Shown here in pieces: positions 56,765 through 64,000 of a DNA stretch of 64,000 bases. Below the pieces are notes generated by a model that worked only from the letters and a program-made list of their open reading frames with translations, searched no databases and had not been told where the DNA came from. Made by a program: the position numbers and the translations under genes. Source of the DNA: an uncultured bacterium. Lineage in GTDB: Bacteria; Krumholzibacteriota; Krumholzibacteriia; Krumholzibacteriales; Krumholzibacteriaceae. How positions within the stretch are numbered: position 1 is the first letter of the stretch; every line of letters begins with the position of its first letter. The DNA is taken from NCBI GenBank assembly GCA_965369375.1, contig CBDUQN010000002.1, positions 36,966 through 100,965 on the forward strand, given 5' to 3'.

Positions 56765-57256
56765 ATGAATGAGAGAATTTTCAGGGATGCCGGGCTCCTG
56801 GCGAAACATTTGCAGAAGCTCCGCGTAGACCAGGGCCCGCTCGTCCTCGCGAACGGCTGCTTTGACATCCTTCATGTCGGACATGTCCGTTACCTCGTCG
56901 ATGCGGCAGCGCTCGGCGGTATACTCGTCGTTGCGCTCAATGACGACGCTTCGACGCTCAAACTCAAGGGTGCGGGCAGACCGGCGGTACCGGTCGATGA
57001 GCGGGCTGAGATTCTCATAGCCCTCGAGCCCGTCGATTACGTTCTGATCTTCGCGGACGAAACGGTCGATTCCATTATCGAAGTGCTGCGGCCCGACTCC
57101 CACGCGAAGGGGACGGATTATGCCGTAGAGACCGTTCCGGAAAGGGGCGCGGCGAAGGCGATCGGATGCAAGACAGTGATCGTAGGGGATCCGAAGAACC
57201 ATTCGAGCCGGGACATGATTGGGAGAATCAGGGGGGAGGGGAAGTGTGGATCTTGA
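56765..57256 (+). CDS. hldC: D-beta-D-heptose-1-phosphate adenylyltransferase (HldE domain II / HldC, cytidylyltransferase-like)
   Basis: VLANGCFDILHVGHVRYL nucleotidyltransferase HxGH motif. About 164 aa. GAAGGAAG RBS before ATG 56765. Confidence 0.8.
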   Translation: MNERIFRDAGLLAKHLQKLRVDQGPLVLANGCFDILHVGHVRYLVDAAALGGILVVALNDDASTLKLKGAGRPAVPVDERAEILIALEPVDYVLIFADETVDSIIEVLRPDSHAKGTDYAVETVPERGAAKAIGCKTVIVGDPKNHSSRDMIGRIRGEGKCGS

Positions 57257-58289
57257 GAAGGAAGCCCGGCTCAGGGGAAGGAAACTGCGGATTCTCGTTA
57301 CGAGGCTCCGGTATCTCGGAGACGTGATCATTACGACCCCCGTGCTCTCGGCTCTCAAGCGGCGATACCCAACTGCTGAGATTCATTACCTGACCGAGGC
57401 CCGGTATGCCCCCGTCCTCTATGAGAATCCGTTTATCGACCGGGTGATCGAGCTCAAAAGCGGCATCTTTTCCTCGCTATCGGTCATACATACAATGCGG
57501 CAAACAGGATTCGTCGCGGCCCTCGATCTCTTTTTTAATCCGAGAAGCGCGTTTCTTCTCTATCTTTCAGGCATTCCCATTCGGATCGGGGGAAGCAGGA
57601 AGTGGCGCAGGAGATTCTACACCGATATCTTTTCCGTGCCGCCGGCGGTGCGAAGCACCGTTGCGTATAGCCTTAATGCGCTCGATTGTTTCGATATCGA
57701 AGCGGAGGAGGAGCTTCCGCGCATTTATCTCACCGATGAGGAGCGTTCGGAAGGTGTCAATCTGCTCGAAGAAACAATCGCGCGGAGCCCCGGCGGCAGG
57801 CTAGTCGTTGCCGTTCATCCGGGCGGTACCTGGCAGTCGAAACGATGGAAACCGGAATCGTTCGCCACCCTCGCCGATAACCTCGTGAAACGCCACGATG
57901 CACGGGTGGTGATTATCACGGGACCGGGAGAGGAGGGGATTGCCGAAGCTGTCCGGAATGAATCGAACGGCCGTGCGTTCGTTCTGCCCCACTTGCCGCT
58001 GCGTTCCCTTGCAGCCGTTCTCAATTCCTGCGATGCCGTCATCGCCAATGATGGCGGCGTGCTTCACATGGCGGTGGCGCTCGGGCGTCCGACGGTCGGC
58101 ATATTCGGACCGACGGAGCCGGACATCTGGTTTCCATACGGGGGGAAAGGCCCCTTTGTCCTCGTGACGAGAAACGAAGATTGCGCTCCGTGCCACAAAC
58201 ATTACTGCGATGATCTGCGATGCCTCGATTCGATCAAACCGCAGGAGGTTCTCCGTACGGTGGAAGAAGTGATCGGCGGAGGAGCGTGA
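57246..58289 (+). CDS. GT9 heptosyltransferase
   Basis: N-terminus LRILVTRLRYLGDVIITTPVL (GT9 signature). GTG 57246 after GGAGGGG. Confidence 0.7.
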   Translation: MDLEKEARLRGRKLRILVTRLRYLGDVIITTPVLSALKRRYPTAEIHYLTEARYAPVLYENPFIDRVIELKSGIFSSLSVIHTMRQTGFVAALDLFFNPRSAFLLYLSGIPIRIGGSRKWRRRFYTDIFSVPPAVRSTVAYSLNALDCFDIEAEEELPRIYLTDEERSEGVNLLEETIARSPGGRLVVAVHPGGTWQSKRWKPESFATLADNLVKRHDARVVIITGPGEEGIAEAVRNESNGRAFVLPHLPLRSLAAVLNSCDAVIANDGGVLHMAVALGRPTVGIFGPTEPDIWFPYGGKGPFVLVTRNEDCAPCHKHYCDDLRCLDSIKPQEVLRTVEEVIGGGA

Positions 58290-58339
58290 TGGATGGTAAA
58301 GCAAAATGAATGGAATAGCTTAATAGGCGGAAAAACGTG

Positions 58340-59473
58340 ATGACCGATTCGATGCAGTACGATCTTTCGGAAAGGGACGGCATCGACTCCATCCTGATTG
58401 TCAGGTTGAAGGCCCTCGGCGATATCGTTCTTTCCCTGCCGATCATCGGCGCTTTGCGCGCGCGTTTCCCGAACGCCTGGATCGGTTATCTCTGTTGGGA
58501 ACAGTTTGCCGAGGCCCTCTCGGGAGAGACGGGACTCGATGAGATTCTCACGCTGCCGAAGCGATGGCTCGATCAGGCCGGGCTGCTGCTGCGGCTTCGC
58601 CGGAAGCGGGTAGACATCGTTCTCGATCTTCTGAGCTCACCGCGCAGCGCACTATTCACCTGGATGTCCGGCGGACGCATGCGGATCGGGATGGATGTCG
58701 GGAGACATCGGTGGTGTTATCATCTCGTGCTCCCTCGCGCCATTCTGCGGGACGGGCGCATCGTAAAGCGGTATACGATGGTATCCAACTGGGAGATCGT
58801 CAGGTTGCTCGGGCTCAAGGAGGAATATGCGGCCCTCGTGGGCGCCGCATGCGGATCGGCCGGTATGACGGCTCATGACGCCGACCGTATGGTTGCCGAC
58901 TCGAAGGCGCCGAAGACATTCGATTTTCGTATAGGCTTTCCGGCGGCGGAAAGCGAGCGCGCGTGGGCGAGGCACTATTTCGACGCGCTCGGCACTCTTC
59001 CAGAGAAGATCGTCGGCATCGTTCCAGGGGCGACCTATCGAGCCAAATCGTGGCCTGAAGAAAAATTCGCAGCCCTTTCGATGCTGCTTGTGAAGCGCCT
59101 CGGCCTGACGCCGCTCCTTATATGGGGACCGGGAGAGGAAGATCTCGCCCGCAGCATCCAGAGCGCGGCGCCGGGATCGATCCTCGCTCCTCAAACGGGC
59201 ATAGCCAGGCTCGGTGCTCTCATCGCGCATCTGTCCCTTCTCGTCACGCTCGATACGGGGCCGAAGCATATTGCAGTGCTCGAGGGGACGCGCACGGTAA
59301 CACTCTTCGGTCCGACGGATCCGGAATATTGGGATCCGTTGACTGATAGGCACGTTGCGGTACACAGGAAAATCGAATGTTTTCCCTGCCGGGAATTTGA
59401 TTGCAACCCGAACAGCTGCCTCACCGGCATCAGCCCCGAGGATGTCCTCGATGCGATCAAGGAAATACCGTGA
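58340..59473 (+). CDS. GT9 heptosyltransferase
   Basis: N-terminus ILIVRLKALGDIVLSLPII (GT9 signature). 378 aa. Confidence 0.7.
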   Translation: MTDSMQYDLSERDGIDSILIVRLKALGDIVLSLPIIGALRARFPNAWIGYLCWEQFAEALSGETGLDEILTLPKRWLDQAGLLLRLRRKRVDIVLDLLSSPRSALFTWMSGGRMRIGMDVGRHRWCYHLVLPRAILRDGRIVKRYTMVSNWEIVRLLGLKEEYAALVGAACGSAGMTAHDADRMVADSKAPKTFDFRIGFPAAESERAWARHYFDALGTLPEKIVGIVPGATYRAKSWPEEKFAALSMLLVKRLGLTPLLIWGPGEEDLARSIQSAAPGSILAPQTGIARLGALIAHLSLLVTLDTGPKHIAVLEGTRTVTLFGPTDPEYWDPLTDRHVAVHRKIECFPCREFDCNPNSCLTGISPEDVLDAIKEIP

Positions 59474-59487
59474 ATGGATACTTTTTA

Positions 59488-59516
59488 TTGAAAATTGCAC
59501 AACCCTTGCATATTGT
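59488..59516 (+). promoter_or_regulatory. Candidate promoter TTGAAA-N17-TATTGT upstream of the DUF3108-like gene
   Basis: Hexamers read directly in the 117-nt AT-rich gap. Confidence 0.3.
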
Positions 59517-59590
59517 TTATTCAGGTATGGCGTACCAGCTTCACGAAGTGGATGAAGTGTGCGACATAACAGATTGGAATAAAAATAATT

Positions 59591-60511
59591 ATGCCAAACA
59601 AGATATTGAAAGATAGAAAAAGATTGATTGGCTGGATCCTCGCCGCCATCGCTGTTTTCGTCCTCGTTTCCGGTCAGGTGTGGTCGCGGGAGGACAGGGA
59701 TTCCGCAGGCGCCGCTGCGACTGAAGAGGTCCGGGGGCGCGACGGCGCGGCTGTCGATCCGCAGCTGGAAGGTTTCGAGCTGGTGAATCTGCTGCCGGAA
59801 GTAGTGCCGTTCGGTGTGGGGGAAAAGCTGACATTCGCCATTCAGTACGGTTTGATCTATGCGGGCGATGCGACACTCGAGATCAGGAATATAGCGGTAC
59901 TCGATTCTGTGAAGACTTACCATGTGATCTCAACCGCCCGCACGAACAGGGCGTTTGATCTGGTATTCAAGGTCAGGGACCGCCACGAGTCGTTCATCGA
60001 TTACGATAATCTATTTTCACTGCGCTTCGAGAAACATCTGCGGGAGGGTAAATTCAAACGGGATGAAGAGGTCGATTTCGATCAGAAGAACCACCGGGCG
60101 ATCTATCCCGACAGGGATGTATCGATTGCTCCTAATACACAGGATATTCTATCGGCCCTCTATTATGCGCGCACGCTCCCCCTCGATGTCGGCCAGGCTA
60201 TCGCGATGGCGAACCATACGGGAGGCAAGAATTACCCGATCTACATAAAGATCCTCGGGCGCGAGAAGGTCAGTGTCCCCGCCGGGGAATTCGACTGCCT
60301 CGTGGTGGAACCGGTGCTGAAGACGAGCAGCCTCTTCGAGCAGAAGGGGAAGTTGACAATCTGGATAACCGATGATACGGTCAAGATGCCCGTTCTCATG
60401 CGCTCGAAGGTCGTCGTCGGCGCTTTCGAAGCGGTGCTCAAGGAGTATCGGTTGAGCGAGGAAAGCTTTCGCGTTTTCGAAAGAAAGGCTTATCCCGGAA
60501 ATGGCCAGTAA
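59591..60511 (+). CDS. Secreted DUF3108-like protein
   Basis: N-terminal signal/anchor LIGWILAAIAVFVLVSG, then a roughly 250 aa beta-rich domain. Family assignment from memory only. Confidence 0.35.
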   Translation: MPNKILKDRKRLIGWILAAIAVFVLVSGQVWSREDRDSAGAAATEEVRGRDGAAVDPQLEGFELVNLLPEVVPFGVGEKLTFAIQYGLIYAGDATLEIRNIAVLDSVKTYHVISTARTNRAFDLVFKVRDRHESFIDYDNLFSLRFEKHLREGKFKRDEEVDFDQKNHRAIYPDRDVSIAPNTQDILSALYYARTLPLDVGQAIAMANHTGGKNYPIYIKILGREKVSVPAGEFDCLVVEPVLKTSSLFEQKGKLTIWITDDTVKMPVLMRSKVVVGAFEAVLKEYRLSEESFRVFERKAYPGNGQ

Positions 60512-61448
60512 GTACGAATCTCTCGATCTTTCCCGGATAAAAACCATCCCGATTGCAGAGCGCGGGAGCAAGGTCCGCGTCACGGATTTCGGCGATCCGG
60601 TCAAGGGGGGAAAGGCCTTTGCGAAATGGCTTCACGCTCTGCCAGATGTCCTCGCGGTGCGGCGCGTGCGCGAGCTCAAGACCGCGATGAGAAGGGCGGT
60701 TTCGGGAAAGAACAAGGAGATCATCTGGATGATCGGCGCCCATGTAATCAAATGCGGCCTGTCGCGCTACCTCATCGAGCTCATGAAAAAGGGGTATATT
60801 ACATCGATCGCTATGAACGGGGCCGCATTGATCCACGATATGGAGATTGCCGTCTTCGGCGAGACGTCCGAGGATGTTTCGCGAAACCTCGAACGTGGCA
60901 TATTCGGTTTCTCGGCGGAAACGGCCTCGATATGTTTCGAAGCGGTGTCGAAGGGGAGCGAGGCTGAACGGGGGCTCGGCGAGGCGGCGGGAGCGTACCT
61001 GGTGAAGACCAAGGCGCCTCACCGCGAATACAGCCTGCTCGCAGAGTCGTATCGCCTCGATGTCCCCGCGACGGTGCATATTGCCCTCGGCACGGACATC
61101 GTTCACCAGCACCCCGGATTCGACGGAGCGGCGTGGGGGGAGCTCTCGATGAGGGATTTCCGCATCTTTGCAGCCCGTATCGAGAATCTTGGAATCTCCG
61201 GCGGCGTCGCGCTCAACGTCGGATCGGCGGTGATCCTGCCGGAGGTCTTTCTCAAGGCATTGAGCGTCGCCCGTAATCTCGGCGCCGGATTCGATTCAAT
61301 TACCGTCTGCAACATGGATATGATCCACCATTACCGTCCCACCGAAAATGTGCTCGTGCGGCCCGCAGCCTTTGGAGGCACGGCCATCCAGCTCACGGGG
61401 CGTCACGAGATCATGCTCCCGCTCCTCTATTCGGCGCTGCTCTCCTGA
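60501..61448 (+). CDS. Deoxyhypusine-synthase-like (DHS family) protein, function unknown
   Basis: Segment CGLSRYLIELMKKGYITSIAMNGAALIHD parallels the DHS motif [29 protein letters not shown]. C-terminal Gly-rich region (LGTDIVHQHPGFDG, GISGGVALNVGSA). Assignment by eye. Confidence 0.35.
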   Translation: MASKYESLDLSRIKTIPIAERGSKVRVTDFGDPVKGGKAFAKWLHALPDVLAVRRVRELKTAMRRAVSGKNKEIIWMIGAHVIKCGLSRYLIELMKKGYITSIAMNGAALIHDMEIAVFGETSEDVSRNLERGIFGFSAETASICFEAVSKGSEAERGLGEAAGAYLVKTKAPHREYSLLAESYRLDVPATVHIALGTDIVHQHPGFDGAAWGELSMRDFRIFAARIENLGISGGVALNVGSAVILPEVFLKALSVARNLGAGFDSITVCNMDMIHHYRPTENVLVRPAAFGGTAIQLTGRHEIMLPLLYSALLS

Positions 61449-61491
61449 GCTTTCCGGCCGGCGGACAGCGGGAATGCCATCAATGCTAGAA

Positions 61492-61530
61492 ACCTATTAA
61501 AGGGAACCTATTAACGAGAACCATTATTAA
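61492..61530 (+). repeat. Three tandem direct repeats (AACCTATTAA, AACCTATTAA, AACCATTATTAA) separated by 3-4 nt spacers, abutting the -35 of the downstream promoter
   Basis: Read directly: gaaACCTATTAAagggAACCTATTAAcgagAACCATTATTAAtgtgTTGACA. Confidence 0.8.
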
Positions 61531-61534
61531 TGTG

Positions 61535-61564
61535 TTGACAAAACGGGTTTTTTCATGTTACAAT
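61535..61564 (+). promoter_or_regulatory. Strong sigma70 promoter with extended -10: TTGACA-N18-TGtTACAAT
   Basis: -35 TTGACA at 61535-61540, TG at 61556-61557, -10 TACAAT at 61559-61564. Drives the sugar-transferase / wza / wzc locus. Confidence 0.55.
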
Positions 61565-61656
61565 AGTGTTCGACATCAGGAGGTAACAGTTCGCGACGTT
61601 TGCTAAAGGTCTTTGCTTCGGAATCTAGCATGTGATCTGGGATTTGAAGTAGGCCT

Positions 61657-62412
61657 GTGGCAAGCGTTTTTATTATGCCCGGGCGGATCAGCATGCTCGG
61701 GCTTTTTGTTTCGGAGGATACAGTGTCAGGGTATCCAGAGTTGCGCGATGTTGCTTTAGAGCGGGAATCAGCCATCAATTTGGTCGATACTTCGGAGATC
61801 AAAGAAAGCCCATCATACATCTTCGTGAAACGTTTCATCGATATCGTTGCGGCTCTCCTGCTTATTATTCTATTCCTTCCGATCATTCCCGTTGTCGGCA
61901 TTCTGATAAAGCTGGATTCTCAGGGACCTGTTCTTTTCAAGCAGAAGAGAATCGGCAAGAACGGAAAAGAGTTCGACTTCTACAAATTTCGCTCCATGAT
62001 CGACGATGCGGAGGCGGTCATCAGGACACTCCGTCCCCTGAGCAAGGATAACGGTCCCATTTTCAAGCTCAAGGACGATCCGAGGGTCACTCCTGTTGGA
62101 CGGTTTCTCCGCCGTTCGAGCCTTGATGAACTGCCTCAATTGCTTAACGTCCTGAAGGGCGATATGAGCATTGTAGGACCCCGTCCGAACTTGCCTTCCG
62201 AGGTTTCACATTACCTGTCCTGGCAGAAGAGACGACTGGACGTAACTCCCGGTATAACATGCTTCTGGCAAATTGCCGGAAGAAGTCATATCGGGTTCCA
62301 GGAGTGGATGCGGCTGGATCTCGAGTATATCCGCAAAAGGAGCATGCTCACGGATCTCAAGATAATGATCAAGACGATCCCGGCCGTTATAGCCAGGAAG
62401 GGGGCCTATTAG
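61657..62412 (+). CDS. Undecaprenyl-phosphate sugar phosphotransferase (bacterial sugar transferase family, WbaP/WcaJ C-terminal-type)
   Basis: TM FIDIVAALLLIILFLPIIPVVGILIKL, then LFKQKRIGKNGKEFDFYKFRSM and SIVGPRP motifs. Start uncertain (GTG 61657, ATG 61693, or GTG 61723 behind GGAGG). Confidence 0.8.
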   Translation: MASVFIMPGRISMLGLFVSEDTVSGYPELRDVALERESAINLVDTSEIKESPSYIFVKRFIDIVAALLLIILFLPIIPVVGILIKLDSQGPVLFKQKRIGKNGKEFDFYKFRSMIDDAEAVIRTLRPLSKDNGPIFKLKDDPRVTPVGRFLRRSSLDELPQLLNVLKGDMSIVGPRPNLPSEVSHYLSWQKRRLDVTPGITCFWQIAGRSHIGFQEWMRLDLEYIRKRSMLTDLKIMIKTIPAVIARKGAY

Positions 62413-62523
62413 CTTACGTGGCACGTATCTTGCCGCAAAATTCATTGACATAGTATATCCAAATTCTTAGATTCTTCTTTAAGTTGCGTGGATAAAGGAA
62501 GTTTCTGAATAGGTTGCAGGGTG

Positions 62524-63348
62524 ATGTCGAAAAATTTTTCTGTTTGTATCGTATACTGTCGCATGCTCGCCGCCGCGGTGATCGCCGCCGCCATCCTCTC
62601 TGGATGCGGCCACAAGGGCAGCTATCTTCTCGATCGCGATCCCGATGGAGATGTACAGCGCGGTGAGCTCGATCTCCAGAACATTCCGACAGCGCCCGAA
62701 CCGGAGGGTTACGTTATCGGTTACGGTGACCATCTCGACATCCATTTTCTCTATAACACGGATTTTTCCATGATCGATGTCAAGGTGCGTCCCGACGGCA
62801 AGATATCCTTTCCGTACGTCGGCGAATTGGCCGTCGCGGGCATGACGACGACGATGCTCGACAGCATCATGACGGCGCGTTTTTCGGAGATCATCAGGGA
62901 ACCCGATATCACGGTGATGGTGAGCAGGCTGCAGACGAGATATGTCTATGTGTTGGGGCAAGTCAAGAGGCCCGGCGGGTATCCGCTGGATCAGAGCGGT
63001 TCTCTTCTGAGAGCCATGGCAATGAGCGGCGGGGCGACAAGCGAGGGCAAGAAAAACAGCGTGCTCGTTATCAGGCGCGTGACTCCCGATCGCATAGTGG
63101 GCATGCAGATCGATTATCAGGAACTTCTCAGCGGGCACAATTTCGCGCTGGATATACCGCTCAAGCCATATGATATCGTCTATGTGCCCAAGAACTGGAT
63201 CTCGAGAGTCGAGGATTATTCGCAGCAGCTCTACAATATACTCGTCATGCCGATGGATCTCTATCTGAAGGGCTGGCAGGTTCAGGGCATCAAGGTGTAC
63301 TACGAATTCTACGAGCGGGCGAGCCGGCCTGAAATAACCAATCCGTAA
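62524..63348 (+). CDS. wza: Polysaccharide export outer-membrane lipoprotein Wza/KpsD-like
   Basis: Lipobox AAILSGCG, Poly_export domain (YVIGYGDHLDIHF) and an SLBB-like region (VYVLGQVKRPGGYPL). Confidence 0.7.
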   Translation: MSKNFSVCIVYCRMLAAAVIAAAILSGCGHKGSYLLDRDPDGDVQRGELDLQNIPTAPEPEGYVIGYGDHLDIHFLYNTDFSMIDVKVRPDGKISFPYVGELAVAGMTTTMLDSIMTARFSEIIREPDITVMVSRLQTRYVYVLGQVKRPGGYPLDQSGSLLRAMAMSGGATSEGKKNSVLVIRRVTPDRIVGMQIDYQELLSGHNFALDIPLKPYDIVYVPKNWISRVEDYSQQLYNILVMPMDLYLKGWQVQGIKVYYEFYERASRPEITNP

Positions 63349-63360
63349 AGGGCGACGATA

Positions 63361-64000
63361 ATGGAGCAGACAGAGAAGCGACGGGAATCGACGGTAAAGG
63401 ATTTTCTCGAGGTTGTCTTCCGCCGTAAGTGGATAATCCTCGGAATCGTTGTCGTGGCCGTCATCGTCGTCGCCTTTCTCAACGTCCGGGAGCCCGCGTT
63501 GTACGAATCGAGCGCCAAGATGCTCGTGAGGCGGGGGGAGGCGATCAGCGTGTTCAGCCGATCCGTTCGGACGCTGGCGTGGGAGGAGGAGATCGCTTCG
63601 CAGATAGAGATGATCCGGTCGCAGGTGATCATCGGCAGGGCCAAGGAATTGCTCGGTGATTTCATGCCCGCGGGGTATGAACCGAAAGAGACGATATCGG
63701 GGGGACGCGTGAATTCCGGCGTGATCAGTACGTCAAACGTCCTCTGGGTGACGTATGGTTCGGGTGATCCCGTATTCTGCGAAGCGGCGGTGAATGCGCT
63801 CGCCAATGCGTATAAGGAGTACTACCAGAGTGTGCGGACCCCGCCGGAGATGGAGGATTTCTTTTCGAATGAAATGCAAAAGCTCAAGGACGAGATCGAT
63901 TACTGGAGGGAGCGAAAGCAGCAGGTCGAGCAGGCATGGGGCGTTATTGATATCAAGAGACAGAAGGGTATTACGCTCGATCGCCTCAACCGCTATCGGA
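63361..64000 (+). CDS. Polysaccharide chain-length determinant / Wzz-Wzc N-terminal domain protein, 3'-truncated at window end
   Basis: Open frame from ATG 63361 to the window edge. VFRRKWIILGIVVVAVIVVAFL TM plus a periplasmic coiled-coil region typical of Wzz/GumC. Absent from the ORF track because no stop falls inside the window. Confidence 0.6.
   Translation, partial: MEQTEKRRESTVKDFLEVVFRRKWIILGIVVVAVIVVAFLNVREPALYESSAKMLVRRGEAISVFSRSVRTLAWEEEIASQIEMIRSQVIIGRAKELLGDFMPAGYEPKETISGGRVNSGVISTSNVLWVTYGSGDPVFCEAAVNALANAYKEYYQSVRTPPEMEDFFSNEMQKLKDEIDYWRERKQQVEQAWGVIDIKRQKGITLDRLNRYR

Noticed and set aside
1-64000. CRISPR arrays, tRNA/rRNA genes, integrases, transposases, toxin-antitoxin or known defence-system genes
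   Set aside because: Looked for regularly spaced repeats, tRNA-like T-arm motifs in every gap, and recombinase, nuclease or RT signatures in all ORFs; none found. The only repeats are the 21-bp tandem duplication and the promoter-proximal direct repeats reported above.

Overview
High-GC (roughly 58-60%) chromosomal segment from a diderm (LPS-containing) bacterium. Gene content (fused lpxC-fabZ, bacillithiol genes, gldAFG-like ABC system, many DUF lipoproteins) suggests an FCB-group-like or candidate-phylum lineage; no rRNA or tRNA is present to anchor taxonomy. The window is almost fully coding and is dominated by housekeeping and cell-envelope biogenesis. In order: a TPR protein and BamD, nadD, polA, coaE, prfB (with its canonical +1 programmed frameshift) and lysS. 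Then lolC/E and lolD, directly followed by a Firmicutes-style mcsA-mcsB-clpC protein-arginine-kinase module. Then a long lipid A supercluster: bamA, skp, lpxD, fused lpxC-fabZ, lpxA, a GnnA-like oxidoreductase, lpxB, DUF374, lpxK. Accessory content follows: an MBL-fold hydrolase and a low-GC lipoprotein islet, nadB, a complete bacillithiol locus (bshC-bshB-bshA), and a membrane spermidine-synthase-like fusion. On the minus strand there is an AmmeMemoRadiSam cassette (fused Memo-AMMECR1 protein, radical SAM enzyme, neighbouring DUF362-like protein), with TAT-like leaders on the last two. Next come a GldA/GldF/GldG/DUF4340 ABC system, several small secreted or lipoprotein genes, DUF72, and a PMT/ArnT-like glycosyltransferase. 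A 44-codon sORF lies behind a textbook sigma70 promoter, followed by a BamE-like lipoprotein, hsp20 and lon. An LPS-core cluster follows: four GT9 heptosyltransferases, msbA, a split hldE (kinase and adenylyltransferase), GT4, DUF3108, and a deoxyhypusine-synthase-like protein. The window ends at the start of an exopolysaccharide export locus (initiating sugar transferase, wza, 5'-truncated wzz/wzc) with tandem direct repeats abutting its promoter. No CRISPR array, integrase, transposase or recognisable defence-system gene is present. The most unusual candidates are the AmmeMemoRadiSam arrangement with TAT-like leaders, the sORF, and the repeat-containing EPS promoter.
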